Positions 29,201 to 39,669 are shown, counted from the first letter of the stretch. The stretch is DNA of 64,000 nt from Thermoplasmatota archaeon (GCA_041601615.1 JBFIHX010000004.1:96001-160000), one strand, 5' to 3'. Made by a program: numbers and translations. Notes: generated by a model from the letters alone, not told the origin.

Positions 29201-32200
29201 AAGTTGCCGGAGGCGTCCTTGAGCGTGCCCAAGACAGCGATCTTGTCCGTGCCAATGTCCGAAGCGTGCAGCGGAGCATTGAGGGTAATCGGTTGCGTTG
29301 CGCCGGAACGAATGCCGACCGACTTGATGTTCGAAGCGCCCTCGCCATTGCTGGTCTGGGTGTTGACGTTCAAGTAGTCCAAATCGGAGGTCGTAATCCG
29401 GTTGTCGTTCGGGTTCGCACTCAGCACTTCTTCACTGAAGCGGAGGCTGACAGCGGCACTGCCTGGGCTGCCACTGGCGACCAGAAGCAGAGGCATCGCC
29501 TTGTCCACGGACTGAATTTCGCCAGACGATCCCACAGGCACGCCGCCGTTGAGGCTGGCCAGGAAGTTGCTGTCGCCATCGTTGATGTATTTCAGCTTGG
29601 GAACCACGGCGGTGCTCCAAGGCTTGTCGTTCAAGGGGCCGTCTTCGTCGAAAATCAGGTAGACCACGGCGTCGTCGCGTGCCGCTGCTCGAGAAGCGCA
29701 AGAACCCGTGGTCCATGTATCGGATACGGACGGTTCGTTCGAGAGCTGGATGTCGGTTTCACCAAACAGAACCTCGTGTTCGTCGGTTCCTACGCTAATG
29801 GACCAGTCCCCAAGGTCGAGGTTGCTGCACGTGGAACCGCTGCCGTCGTCCACGGCCTGACTCAAGGTCACACGCAGAGTGTCGATGCGGCCATTGGCAG
29901 CCTTGGATTGTCCCGCAGCCGAGGTGGGATTGTCGAACAAATCCAGCGTCTCAACGCTCAGAATCTGCACGCCGGCTCCCGCCGTCAGAGCGTAGGCCCC
30001 AGGCTTGACAAAATTGCCCTCCAGGTCCTTCACAGTGGAAGTCGTAGAGCCTCCGGATCCGACGCGAATGTTGACCGAGTCGCCGCCCGTCGTCAAATCA
30101 CTATCCACGAGGCTGCCAACGAGACCAATCGTCACCGTCTTGGAGCCCGCAGTATGCGAGACACTGGAGATACCTTGTGCGCCCTGGTTGTTGGTGTTGC
30201 TGTAGGAGAAATCCGACGCACTCACCAATTGAATTGGCTCACTCAAAGTCATCACGGCGCTGCTCGTGCCCGTGCTGCCGAGCATCGAAACCACGATGGG
30301 CGCGGCCTTGTCGACGGTTGCATGAGGCAGCCGCGTGGGGCCGGTAACGTCATTGAATCCGAACGCCACCATGGAGCGACCGGCCAAGTCCTTGACGCCG
30401 CCCGCAGAAGCATCGTACGAGATGACCGGCGTGTGATCGGTGTCAGGGCTCGAACCGGCAGGGAACATTACATACAGAAGGTGCGGCGAAGTGTTGGGCG
30501 CCTTGGGAGCCACATACTTGCCACCCGTTGCAGCCACGGCCGTTCCGCCTGCGCCGTCGCGAATCATGAATCCTGCCGAGGCGATGTTGCCGTCCTGGAC
30601 CGCTTCCGACATCGTCAAAACAATCGAATCCAGTCGTCCATCCGGCTTAGGGTCCAAGGGATTGGATCCAACGTCCCCCGTGTGCACCCCCAAGACAGTG
30701 GGAGCGGCAAAGTCAAGCGCCGGGACCAACGTGAAGGGGCGGGCCGATTGCTCGCTGCCCGAGGGCGACTTTAGGACTTCCTTGATCCCAATACCACTCG
30801 AACTCAATTCAAGAGTCGCGCCCGTGCCCACGGAGGCCACAGGAGTGAAGCAGACGAACACATAGCGCGCATCCAAACCGGTAGGCATCGGACAGCTAGC
30901 CGAAGGCGCATCGCCAAAGTCGACGACGTTGGTGACGTCGAAGGCCGTGGTCGCCGCGGTCTTGTCCGCATTGCGCAGTTGAAGTTTGAAACTCGAAGCA
31001 GTGGTGCCGTCGGCAGTGACGCTCTGGTCGTACCGCACGCGCACGGCGTCCAGCACACCGTTGTTGTCGCGATCAATGGTAGCGACTTCTTCCACGACCG
31101 GAGCTTGATCGACGCCGAGGAACATGGCGCGGACCTTGTCCACCTCAGTGTTGGCGAACGTCTCCAGGCGATCGTCCAAAGGCACCTTGTGGACGCCCGT
31201 CAGAATCGCCGTCGTGGTCGTTCCAGCACCGCGCACGGCGCCGCTCTTGATGATGATCTGATCCGAAAGAATGTCTGCCGAGGAAACGCGGTTGTTGAGG
31301 GTGAGAAGAACGCGCTCCGATCCAGCCACATGCGAAACAGCCGAAATGCCGCTTGCACCCACCGTGCCACCCACATCTTCGTAGTCGAAGGCAGAAAGGG
31401 CGAGGGCCGTGCCGGTGGCAGATTCCACAGGGCCATCGAAGACCAGCACTGCCTTGTTGGAGCCGATGCTGGTTAGGACTTTGAGGTCGGTTGGGGTTTG
31501 GTTCCAGGGGAGTTCGATGGAGGGGTTGGAAATTAAGGTTCCAGCCGAGTCAACAAGTGCAGAAGAATTTTCGTTGCACTCGCCACTGGGCTGCAATTGG
31601 GTCCCAAGACTAGGTTTGAAGCCTTTCGCCCGATCATTCCCGTCGGGCGGCGCCGTGAGGGTCACTTGCGCCGAAGGAGTTGTGCTTGAGGGAACGAATG
31701 ATTCCACGGAGACAACTGTGGTACCCGGCACCACATCCAACCAGCAAACGGAGTTTTTGGCGTCGTTGGTAGGAGGCGATGTAGAAATGAACGTTTTTTC
31801 GGTGAAATGGTACACAAGACTCTTCGTTCCGGCCGGGAACACGCGAACTAGTCGAGGAGGGTAGTTTTCAACGCTCTCCGAAACATCAGCAGCGAGGATG
31901 TTGGCCATTGTGTCGCGGTCTTTGTCTCGAACCACTCCATTGGAGTAGGTTAGTTGGGGCAGCACGGAAGGCGCATCGCCAAAGGATACCAGTTCTGGGA
32001 ATGTGAGCGTGACTTCAGCTGTGGCACCCCGATTAGAATCGACGCCGACCACCGCTTTCGCCCCGCAGAACACATCATCAACAAGGACCTCCATGATACA
32101 GCCCGTCGCGGGGATGCCACCAATCAGGAAATCACTGGGACGAATGCTGCTGCGTAAGGGCAGATCGTTCATATTGTCGGCCTGCGAAAAAGAGAGCTTG

Positions 32201-32406
32201 ATTGCGTCCAGGTGGCCGTCACCATCACGATCCATGAACTGGGCAGCAGTCACCGAGGGACCGCTGCTTGACGCGGCGACCGAGGGCACTAGAAGTCCGA
32301 CTGCGGCGAGGCTCGCCACCATCAGGACCAGAACCGTCAATGCGGCGCTTGTGCGTGTAGGCCGAAGCCTGATTCCACCTGGAGAACTTGCAAACATGTT
32401 CAGCAT
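26203..32406 (-). CDS. Giant cell-surface protein (2067 aa), paralogue of 22378-26016
   Basis: Signal peptide, about 6 (D)xxGxLD repeats interleaved with FSEPV...DFSY...VSHxAGS units, FN3-like domains, TM PWWVW, CPKC...CPNC. Confidence 0.85.
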   Translation of the reverse strand: MLNMFASSPGGIRLRPTRTSAALTVLVLMVASLAAVGLLVPSVAASSSGPSVTAAQFMDRDGDGHLDAIKLSFSQADNMNDLPLRSSIRPSDFLIGGIPATGCIMEVLVDDVFCGAKAVVGVDSNRGATAEVTLTFPELVSFGDAPSVLPQLTYSNGVVRDKDRDTMANILAADVSESVENYPPRLVRVFPAGTKSLVYHFTEKTFISTSPPTNDAKNSVCWLDVVPGTTVVSVESFVPSSTTPSAQVTLTAPPDGNDRAKGFKPSLGTQLQPSGECNENSSALVDSAGTLISNPSIELPWNQTPTDLKVLTSIGSNKAVLVFDGPVESATGTALALSAFDYEDVGGTVGASGISAVSHVAGSERVLLTLNNRVSSADILSDQIIIKSGAVRGAGTTTTAILTGVHKVPLDDRLETFANTEVDKVRAMFLGVDQAPVVEEVATIDRDNNGVLDAVRVRYDQSVTADGTTASSFKLQLRNADKTAATTAFDVTNVVDFGDAPSASCPMPTGLDARYVFVCFTPVASVGTGATLELSSSGIGIKEVLKSPSGSEQSARPFTLVPALDFAAPTVLGVHTGDVGSNPLDPKPDGRLDSIVLTMSEAVQDGNIASAGFMIRDGAGGTAVAATGGKYVAPKAPNTSPHLLYVMFPAGSSPDTDHTPVISYDASAGGVKDLAGRSMVAFGFNDVTGPTRLPHATVDKAAPIVVSMLGSTGTSSAVMTLSEPIQLVSASDFSYSNTNNQGAQGISSVSHTAGSKTVTIGLVGSLVDSDLTTGGDSVNIRVGSGGSTTSTVKDLEGNFVKPGAYALTAGAGVQILSVETLDLFDNPTSAAGQSKAANGRIDTLRVTLSQAVDDGSGSTCSNLDLGDWSISVGTDEHEVLFGETDIQLSNEPSVSDTWTTGSCASRAAARDDAVVYLIFDEDGPLNDKPWSTAVVPKLKYINDGDSNFLASLNGGVPVGSSGEIQSVDKAMPLLLVASGSPGSAAVSLRFSEEVLSANPNDNRITTSDLDYLNVNTQTSNGEGASNIKSVGIRSGATQPITLNAPLHASDIGTDKIAVLGTLKDASGNLLRKNSFTGAALPDVAISDGAPPTVASIHTLDTDGNGLLDHVRVTFSENIDDGTGATCDNLEAADWKLTYLDQPAKIVSIKSHLVGTTCNDDARIFFELDEDDVLTDIAAHQNGLTLGTGKAVKVAYAPNSNSLQIKDRASPANVMAAFTAQTSQDGAAPRLLTADGGPINTAPAANPVIYPEAAFRDLNGDGRLDAVELVFSEPMDDSTFDPAEWTIVNHAKRDGGFSTGATINDERVLILITQLGTANTDKVYRVTYDPVAPGVKDLAGNELAALIGSDAIAEVDRARPNLDIGVSPNPDAVPGRNDVNIVFSEPVGASGSTPGAPLALTAADFSYQNGNTGANDRAAAIVSVTHVAGSASVKLVLDATLSQEDIDNDVIVLKSIHDLVGNKATRPSFKLSGAPSDTTPPLDVSSLTATGIEVSATTGNVKLSWTTSGDTDLASLRIYIREGSAIDANNPDGQTGTHLVTAGAIGDSATPPAPIRNTAQSLTVTGLPVDKTYHFLVVSVDTAGLPSDGVAASAKVNPKDTVNPSAVTDLVLVTAGGNSVTLQLTVPTDNVAVTAFEVRHKLGTTLAVFTEGEVGTFTMTDTLGNVITTVPAAGTKVNVVVSGLLPAKEYTFGVRAKDAAGLTGTPGTVTATTAAPDTTPPVGELLVTSPTHAAGVGSTSRSPTFSWSGLTDGESTITYYYALNQISTYEVDGTEVQGTRSGSVVAETVSFTDVDAGTWYFHVRGESQGGFHGTTAHYPILITDPDVVLPDSEDIKDGNEALQKTVSVTRSGSDNILRWTLPTTDLDIAGLQIWRSTSPYTLLVDLPATHVDFISGEFVDKGAPETAKYLVTLYFLTDAAGGQVDDVDNAPGYEGKTSDELDALAVKPTGSVGNPPATAGGDGMPWWVWLLVAIGVIGIVAVVVIPVALSRRGKQEAGWDESAQWDDSAWGTDPWVAGADVDTDSGADTAHAEEHYIECPKCDHGFEAHGAKPLQTTCPNCGVKGILR

Positions 32407-32641
32407 CCCTCACGCTGGTAGCGATAGACGCCACCGTATGCAGTCTGTCCAAGCGAAGCCGGGGTCTTAACCGCTCCGGGGTGGCTCTAGGAGAAAAATA
32501 GTGTCGCCAGCTCTGGCAGTTGGCCTGCCAGAATACGCGGGTGTCGCTATTGGCATGCGGGCCCCCAGAATTGGGCGACTTGACCCCGACGGTCGATGCC
32601 CTCATGTGAGGCGATGGTTTGCCGGGAGTCTTTGGCGGGGC

Positions 32642-33430
32642 CTAGAATGAAAAGGAGCGCCCAATAAGCGCGATGCGGACCAGAATTCCCAGGTCCCCGT
32701 TCCCCCCATAACAAACTACGTCGTTCTCAGACCCTGGTGTAAAACATTCATTGATGAAGCCTCCAGGAACATCCTCGCTTCGGTCATCCTCCCTTAACCC
32801 ATCACCATCCTTGTCGAGCCAGAGAGTCTCAGGAATCCCGTCATCGTTGGTATCGGCCAAGGGCAGTCCGGAAAACACCACACCTAGCAACGCCCCGACT
32901 ATGTCCTCGCAGGGAAATTCTGGAGCCGCTGGATCAGTGCAGGCAGGTGCCTCAAAATCGTCGCTCATGAGAATGAGCGTCGAGCCATCCATGGTCAATC
33001 GAATGCCAACAACCACCGGGTTTGAGCCCCCAGGACCAAAATCAAGGCACACAGGATCGTCGACAGCCTGAACCTCAGGATCTTCCTGAATTGGAACCGG
33101 CTGCGGCTCGATTGTCTGCTCTTCAACGATGGGAATGCCCAACAAGGCAACACGAGGGATGGTTACGGGAGGCGTGTAAATCGTCGCCTCGTCCGCCCCA
33201 CCAGAGCTACACCGTTCGCTCCATGTTTGCGTATCAGAAGGACTGCACGAATCAGAGTAACTGGATTCGGAGTAGAGCAAATCCACGAAAATCGTACCAG
33301 CTTCGAGTATCTCTTGTTCGGATGTGGGTTGGCCCGTGTACCAGCACCCATCGGACGCGGAAACATTCGGGGCGACCAGCAAGGCCCCTGCAATGAGAAT
33401 CCAGCCAATAGCATAATGACGTGAAGCCAT
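32642..33430 (-). CDS. Secreted acidic Cys-containing protein, tandem paralogue A
   Basis: Signal peptide. Near-identical centre to 33538-34329. ATTAAG 23 nt upstream of ATG 33430. Confidence 0.8.
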   Translation of the reverse strand: MASRHYAIGWILIAGALLVAPNVSASDGCWYTGQPTSEQEILEAGTIFVDLLYSESSYSDSCSPSDTQTWSERCSSGGADEATIYTPPVTIPRVALLGIPIVEEQTIEPQPVPIQEDPEVQAVDDPVCLDFGPGGSNPVVVGIRLTMDGSTLILMSDDFEAPACTDPAAPEFPCEDIVGALLGVVFSGLPLADTNDDGIPETLWLDKDGDGLREDDRSEDVPGGFINECFTPGSENDVVCYGGNGDLGILVRIALIGRSFSF

Positions 33431-33537
33431 GGCGATATAACGCAATGCCATCCTTAATGGTTCCTAAAGGGCTTCTTTCAAAATATTAATCCAACTGGCA
33501 TGGTTTGGGGGAGGGGGTCGAGGTTTTTTGGATCGAT

Positions 33538-34329
33538 CTAGAAGGCGAAGGTCCGGCCTAGCACAGGCTCCACCCGGACCTGAAACCCAATTGGTCCGCG
33601 TCCACCGAAACAAATCAAATCCGCGTGGTGACCTGGCTCAGAGCATTGATGAATCGGTTCTCCGAGCACATCTTCGCTCCCATCCTCAGCGCGTTCAGCG
33701 TCTCCGTCCCGGTCCAGCCAGAGGGTCTCAGGAATCCCGTCGTCGTCCTTATCGGCCAAAGGAAGGCCAGAAAACACGATTCCTAGCAGAGCCCCGACGA
33801 AATCCTCGCAGGGAAATTCTGGGGCAGCTGGATCAGTGCAGGCTGGCGCCTCAAAATCGTCGCTCATGAGAATAAGCGTCGAGCCATCCATGGTCAATCG
33901 AACGCCAACAACCACCGGATTTGAGCCCCCGGGACCAAAATCAAGGCATACAGGATCGTCGACCGCTTGAACCTCAGGATCTTCCTGAATCGGAACAGGC
34001 TGTGGTTCGATCGTCTGTTCTTCGATGATGGGAATTCCCAAAACGCTCAGGTACGGAACGGTCACAGGGGGCGTGTAGATTGTTGCCTCGTCAGCCCCAC
34101 CTGAACTGCACCGTTCGCTCCACGATTGGGTTTCAGCAGGATTGCACGATTCCGAGTAACGCGATTCAGCAAAGAGAACATCAGCAGAAATCGACCCGGA
34201 GGTGAAAATTTCTTGCTCCGATATCGCTTGGTCGGAATACCAGCACCCGTCGGACGCGGAAACATTCGGAACGACAAGCATTGCCCCAGCAATGAGTAAC
34301 CAGCCAATAGCATAATGACGTGAAGTCAT
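33538..34329 (-). CDS. Secreted acidic Cys-containing protein, tandem paralogue B
   Basis: As paralogue A, with its own ATTAAG box 23 nt upstream. Confidence 0.8.
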   Translation of the reverse strand: MTSRHYAIGWLLIAGAMLVVPNVSASDGCWYSDQAISEQEIFTSGSISADVLFAESRYSESCNPAETQSWSERCSSGGADEATIYTPPVTVPYLSVLGIPIIEEQTIEPQPVPIQEDPEVQAVDDPVCLDFGPGGSNPVVVGVRLTMDGSTLILMSDDFEAPACTDPAAPEFPCEDFVGALLGIVFSGLPLADKDDDGIPETLWLDRDGDAERAEDGSEDVLGEPIHQCSEPGHHADLICFGGRGPIGFQVRVEPVLGRTFAF

Positions 34330-34455
34330 GCAGTCTAATGGTGCTGAGCTACTTAATAGCTCCCAAGGTTACTAAATCAGAAGCTGCAAGGCGATACAAC
34401 ACTATTTGGTTGGGTAAACGAGTAGGTGGAGAGGGTTGAGGGCCGAGCTGAACCA

Positions 34456-36627
34456 CTAAATGGCGATCATCATCCCTAGCGGAGCTATGTAGAGGGTGTA
34501 GCCAAGGTCGCCCCGGCCACCCCTACAGATGGGGTCCGCGCGATGCCCAGGCTCAGAGCAATCGTGAATCGGATCCTGCGGCACATCCTCACTCCCATCC
34601 GCGTCGCGCTCTCCGTCGCCATCGTCGTCGATGAACACTGTGTCGTATTCTCCATCGCCGTCGGTGTCGGCCAGGGGCGGGTGGGTTGCGGTGTTGGTTA
34701 GAAGCTGGAGGAGTGCGAGGAGTTCTTCGTCGATCATCCAGCAGGGTTCTTCGGCGTCGCCCGCTTCCACGCAGACGTCGCCAATGATGGTGGCTTCGCA
34801 GCCGTCGGGGGTGCCGTCGTTGTCGGCGTCCTCGTTGTCGTCGAAGCCGGGGCAAACGTCGCTGCCGTTGGCGACGCCGTCGTTGTCGGAGTCGTTGAGG
34901 TAGGCGTCGCATGCGTCCCCGATACCGTCGCCGTCTTCATCGGCTTGGTCGGCGTTGGAGTCTCCGGGACAGTTGTCTGCACCGTCGGCGACTCCGTCGT
35001 TGTCCTGGTCTGCGATGGTCTCAGGCGCATTGCAGGGGTCGTCGGGGTTCTCGGGGTGGAAGATGCCGTCGTCGTTCATGGTGGGTTCCATGCCCACGAC
35101 GCAGATGCCGAGGTTGCCGCGCACAAGGAGCACGAGGCTTTCTTCGGCGGCGCTGCCGTTGACGTCGCCGACGCGCAGGGTGATGAAGGGGAGTCCGTTG
35201 GTTCCGAGGACGTAGACGGTGAATCCGTCGCTGTGGCCTTCGAGTTCGCGCGGCCCGGCGGGCGTGGTGTCGTCCTCTTGGGATTCGTCAAAGTCCACGT
35301 AGGCGATGTTTGCCTCGATGGCATCGGGGAATCCATTGGGCTCCTCGAAAACGCCGTCGTCGTCGGAGTCGTTCGGGTCGCTGACGTCCATGAGACTGGT
35401 CAGGAAATCGAGTGCTTCCTCGTCCGAGGTGGTGCAGTCGTCGCTGAACAATGCATCCATGAGGTCGCAGTTGGGGTCGAGGATGCCTGTAGGGAGGCCG
35501 CCGAGGGTCCGAATGGGAACTTCGGGGTCTAGATCATCCTCGTCGAATTCGGCTGGGATCATGTCGCCATCGGCGTCATCGTCGCAGGCGTCACCGTCGC
35601 CGTCTCCGTCAAGGTCTGCTTGGTCGGTGTTGGCGTCGAAGGGACAGTTGTCGTCCTCGTCGAGGACCGTGTCGTCGTCATCGTCAGGGTCGCAGACGTC
35701 ACCGAGGGCATCGCCGTCGTTGTTGGCCTGGTCTTTGTTGGGCGTGTCGGGGCAGTTGTCGGCGCCGTTGAGAGCGTCGTCGCCGTCTCGATCTGGGTCA
35801 CAGATATCGCCGACATCGTCCTCGTCGAAGTCGGCTTGGTCTGGGTTGTAGTTGTTGGGACAATTGTCGACAAGGTCGTTGTATCCGTCCATGTCGGCGT
35901 CGCCGACTGGGCCCGGGTCGGATGCGTCGAGCGGCCGGCTTCCCAGTGAGTTGACCTCTCGGCCGTCGCTGTACCCGTCGCCGTCCGTGTCAGGGTCCGT
36001 GGGGTCCGTGCCGTGGGTGTAGACTTCAGCGCCGTCGTCGAGGCCGTCGTCGTCGGAGTCGTGGTCGCGGGGGCTGGTGCCGAAGATGGATCGTTCTTTG
36101 TCGTCTTCTAGGCCGTCCGCATCTACGTCGTTGCAGTACGAGTCGGGGTTGAGGGGGTTGCTGAAACAGAAAATTTCATTGACGTCCAAGTGGCCGTCGT
36201 TGTCCAAGTCGCTGTAGGCGGCGAAGCGAGGATCGAAGGGAGCTCCCGAGTACGGCTCTCCAAGTTGGATGTAAATGGTGGTGACTTCGTATTCGGGGTG
36301 GCCCCAGATGTTGCCTTCCTCGAACAGGATGCTGATGGGCAAATCTACGGCGTAGGTGCCTGAGGGAATGGTTGGGATTTGTGCCGTCAAGTCCGTTAGG
36401 GCAGCATTGATGAGCGCTTCAAGGTCTTCTGGGCCGTCGCATTCATCGTTTGGCTCCGCGCTTGGCTCGGGCTCTGTGGCAACTACTGGGTCTGTGCAGG
36501 CGATACCCAATGCGATCGCTGCCGCCCGGGTGCCATCCAGTTGGTCTTGGGCATCCACCGGCATGGCTGCCAGGGGCGCAAGGAGCAGGATCAATGCGAT
36601 GAGAGCAGTGGTATTCTTGAACGACAT
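34456..36627 (-). CDS. Secreted thrombospondin type-3 repeat protein
   Basis: Signal peptide from ATG 36627 and multiple DNCP..N.DQAD.D.DG.GD.CD repeats. Confidence 0.9.
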   Translation of the reverse strand: MSFKNTTALIALILLLAPLAAMPVDAQDQLDGTRAAAIALGIACTDPVVATEPEPSAEPNDECDGPEDLEALINAALTDLTAQIPTIPSGTYAVDLPISILFEEGNIWGHPEYEVTTIYIQLGEPYSGAPFDPRFAAYSDLDNDGHLDVNEIFCFSNPLNPDSYCNDVDADGLEDDKERSIFGTSPRDHDSDDDGLDDGAEVYTHGTDPTDPDTDGDGYSDGREVNSLGSRPLDASDPGPVGDADMDGYNDLVDNCPNNYNPDQADFDEDDVGDICDPDRDGDDALNGADNCPDTPNKDQANNDGDALGDVCDPDDDDDTVLDEDDNCPFDANTDQADLDGDGDGDACDDDADGDMIPAEFDEDDLDPEVPIRTLGGLPTGILDPNCDLMDALFSDDCTTSDEEALDFLTSLMDVSDPNDSDDDGVFEEPNGFPDAIEANIAYVDFDESQEDDTTPAGPRELEGHSDGFTVYVLGTNGLPFITLRVGDVNGSAAEESLVLLVRGNLGICVVGMEPTMNDDGIFHPENPDDPCNAPETIADQDNDGVADGADNCPGDSNADQADEDGDGIGDACDAYLNDSDNDGVANGSDVCPGFDDNEDADNDGTPDGCEATIIGDVCVEAGDAEEPCWMIDEELLALLQLLTNTATHPPLADTDGDGEYDTVFIDDDGDGERDADGSEDVPQDPIHDCSEPGHRADPICRGGRGDLGYTLYIAPLGMMIAI

Positions 36628-36975
36628 GTGAAAATCCTCCCGGCTGGTCGACCCGGTAGTGCCGCGCTCGCCGTCCATCGATATCAACGTTGGGGACCGT
36701 TTGTCGAACGATGCGTTCGATTCAGGCTACATTGATCGTGGGTTCGGTTTTGACGGGGGCCGGGTTGCACCGGAAATGCAGGTTGTCCAGCATGTCGGAG
36801 ATACTTAACCATTGACACCTGCATCGGCAAGAGCTGCGTAGAGATTCGAGGCGATTTCTCCCGGAGCGGCGCACTCGATTTTGCCCGGGAGGACGTTCGG
36901 CCGTGGTGGGCCGGTGGCCGCTTCGCGTGGAGCCTCTGGACGATGGGCGTCACCGAACGACCCCGGGAGCGCGGC

Positions 36976-38724
36976 CTAGACCGTGAATTCGGCCACCAAT
37001 TTACCGGCCGGTTGGTCCCAGCGGAAGCCAAAATCCTTGCCGCCCACGGGGTTGGTGTAGGGAACGAAATCGACGGCATCGGGCGCCACGGCATCTTCGT
37101 AGGGGAAGGCAATCTCGACCGTGAAACTGGTGCCGCGAGCCGCAGACTGCACGAGCACCCCGTAATCGATGATTCGTTCCGTCACGCGCACGAAGTCTGA
37201 AACGATCCACTTGCCGCTGCAACTGCTGCTGTCGGTTGCGACCGTCCGCGCCAGGGTTTCCAGATCAAAACACAGCACGCCCACATCCTGGCGGCCCTGC
37301 ACTTCCACCGCTTTTTCGAACGAAATCCGGGGCTCTTGGGTGTCGGCCCCGTACTGGTACCGGCTGCTCAACGCGGTGCTCCATCCGGACACTTCGCCCG
37401 ACTCCGATATGACGCGCAGGGGCAAGTATTCGGGCAATCGGATGCCGAAACTCTGCATGGAAGTGCTTGGGCCACGCGGGGCGCCACTGGTGGCATCGTC
37501 CCAGCCGCCGTCGATCGGGCTCACGTCAACGGGCATCCAGGCGCTGGGGTTGCCAGCGCGATCGCCTGCATAGAACTCGATCCAAGCGTGGAATCCGTCG
37601 ACGGTGCCCGCAAGGTAGCCACTGACCAGCCGAGCCGGGACGCCGGCGGCACGAAGGAGGCTCACGTAGGTTGCGGCCAGGTCACGGCACACCCCGCCAC
37701 GCACGCCGTTGCCACTGCCGTCGTCTGCGAGGCCGTCGTCGCCTGCGTCCTGGTCACGTTGTGCTTCCGCATCCGGGTCTTCTAGGTCGTCAAGCACTTG
37801 ATGGGGCAGCATCAGGGTGTTGGAGGCGAGGCGTTGCTCGTCGTATTCGAGGTTATCAAACAGCCACTCGTAGAGCCGATAGGCAATCTGCACTGTGGAG
37901 CGATCATCGGGCTGCAGCGCCTCGGCCACGACCCTTTGGACACTGGAATCGGACGGAACGATCCCGTAACCCGCCCCGAGCCAGCGCCCACCGAGCGCGG
38001 CGCTTGCTTCGGAGGGAGTTACATAAGCCTCCATGTTGGCTAGGTCCCAGACGCGCACTTCGTTGGTGTACCGAGCGACGATTCCGAAACTGTAGGCGCC
38101 GGGCTCAAGCACCGCCGCGTCGCCCGCTCGAACCTGAATCACGCCGCTCCATCGGTTGCCCGCTTCGTCCGTCAAGGTGAGCGTGTAGGCGTACAGACCG
38201 TCGCCGAGGCCGCGCACTGTGTGGGGCAGCGAACGAGACACGAGCACCCCGTCCGGATTCAACAGTTCCACGCTGGCGTCCGCCGGGACCGTTGCCCCTG
38301 CGCCAATGGTGTACGCTCCGCCCACTGCGTCGCCGATTTTCTCCAATCCGGAAGGCTCCGGCGGCGTGCCATCCACGCGCACTCCCCTGAAGGTCTCCCA
38401 TTCATGACCGTCCACGAAATAGGTAACCTTCCAAGTGCCATCCGGCAAATCCAGAAAAACGGGATCGTCTGCCGTGGCGAGACCAGAGGCTTCCAAGGGA
38501 CCTCCGTCGCCCACGGCAACAATGCGAACAGGAGCCCCGCCCGGTTGGTGCACGAACACCATGAAACGCGACTCAGTGTTCCAATCGTTCTCCACCAAGG
38601 GCGTACGACTGACAGGAATGTCCGGCCGCTGTGCGGCGTCCACAAACTCCCGCAGCGCCGCGCAGCCGCTAAACGCGGGAAGCAGCAACAGCACGAGAAC
38701 AATCAAAGGAAGCCGGGAACGCAC
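36976..38724 (-). CDS. Transglutaminase-like domain lipoprotein
   Basis: Lipobox FSGC, GVCRDLA, GVPARLVSGY, HAWIEFY, WMPVD (Cys-His-Asp triad). GTG start inferred. Confidence 0.85.
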   Translation of the reverse strand: MRSRLPLIVLVLLLLPAFSGCAALREFVDAAQRPDIPVSRTPLVENDWNTESRFMVFVHQPGGAPVRIVAVGDGGPLEASGLATADDPVFLDLPDGTWKVTYFVDGHEWETFRGVRVDGTPPEPSGLEKIGDAVGGAYTIGAGATVPADASVELLNPDGVLVSRSLPHTVRGLGDGLYAYTLTLTDEAGNRWSGVIQVRAGDAAVLEPGAYSFGIVARYTNEVRVWDLANMEAYVTPSEASAALGGRWLGAGYGIVPSDSSVQRVVAEALQPDDRSTVQIAYRLYEWLFDNLEYDEQRLASNTLMLPHQVLDDLEDPDAEAQRDQDAGDDGLADDGSGNGVRGGVCRDLAATYVSLLRAAGVPARLVSGYLAGTVDGFHAWIEFYAGDRAGNPSAWMPVDVSPIDGGWDDATSGAPRGPSTSMQSFGIRLPEYLPLRVISESGEVSGWSTALSSRYQYGADTQEPRISFEKAVEVQGRQDVGVLCFDLETLARTVATDSSSCSGKWIVSDFVRVTERIIDYGVLVQSAARGTSFTVEIAFPYEDAVAPDAVDFVPYTNPVGGKDFGFRWDQPAGKLVAEFTV

Positions 38725-38746
38725 AAGGACCGAGATGGCTGTGGGT

Positions 38747-39631
38747 TCATGTCCCTTTTTCCGTTTCGATTGGGGAAGTAGCCGGCGATTGGCCTCGACG
38801 CACCGCCATCTCCAGTGCCCAAACCAATGCAGCGCCAAGCAGAACCACAAACAAGACCAGCAGAACGTTCCCCGAGGGCGACGCCGGTTGTCCCGCCGCA
38901 AATCCCGCTTCGGTTCGCCACGGCCACAAACGACCCAGCGAGCCCACGAGCAAGCCGACCATGGCGGCATGCGTCAACGACGACCGATTCTCCAACAACC
39001 AATGAAGCGCGTGCGAAAAGGACAGCAATCCAACGAATGCGCCCCCGCCCACCAGCACAACCACGACCAAGTCGAGCGCAGCCACTGCATGAATCACTGG
39101 CTCATACAAACCCATCAAAAGCAGCAGATACGCGCCGCTAATTCCAGGCAAAATCATTGCCACCGCCGCAATCGCACCCGCGAGCGGCAGGAACCACATC
39201 GCAGACGGCGCGGCAACGGGATGGACCGCAGTTACCGCCAGCGCAAAAAGCCCAGTCAGCAGCGCCCACAACCACGCGGAGCCCGTCCAGGTAACGCGAC
39301 GAGCGGGCGCGCGCACCCCCGCCACCACAAGACCAAGCAAGAACGCAGACAAGAATCGAGGCGCCGAATCGAGGGCCAAAACGAGCACCTTAGCGCCAAG
39401 CACCAGCCCCGAAACAACGCCAAGACCCAGAAGAACAAGGAATCCCAAATCCATCTCCCGCCAAGCACCTCGGCGCACCACATCCCAACGCAAATGGGCC
39501 AACGCACGAACCAGGCGCGGATGGATGCCCAGCAACAGCGCCATCGTGCCGCCGCTGATTCCGGGCACCGCATCCGAAAGCCCCATGGCCATACCACGAG
39601 CTGCAATGCGGGCGGGGCGAAGGTCAGACAC
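38747..39631 (-). CDS. DUF368 membrane protein (polyprenyl-phosphate translocase family)
   Basis: Duplicated motif DAVPGISGGT / MILPGISGA in a multi-TM protein. Confidence 0.9.
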   Translation of the reverse strand: MSDLRPARIAARGMAMGLSDAVPGISGGTMALLLGIHPRLVRALAHLRWDVVRRGAWREMDLGFLVLLGLGVVSGLVLGAKVLVLALDSAPRFLSAFLLGLVVAGVRAPARRVTWTGSAWLWALLTGLFALAVTAVHPVAAPSAMWFLPLAGAIAAVAMILPGISGAYLLLLMGLYEPVIHAVAALDLVVVVLVGGGAFVGLLSFSHALHWLLENRSSLTHAAMVGLLVGSLGRLWPWRTEAGFAAGQPASPSGNVLLVLFVVLLGAALVWALEMAVRRGQSPATSPIETEKGT

Positions 39632-39669
39632 GGGCAGCAGGAGACGAACGCGGACAAGAACGGGCCGGT

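Noticed and set aside
32642-34329. Diversity-generating retroelement template/variable repeat pair
   Set aside because: Differences are mostly synonymous third-position changes rather than adenine-specific, and no reverse transcriptase is present.
36900-37000. Third gene-end inverted copy behind the transglutaminase gene
   Set aside because: Only an 8-bp GC-rich complement (GGTGGCCG) and no recoded direct copy, which is compatible with chance.
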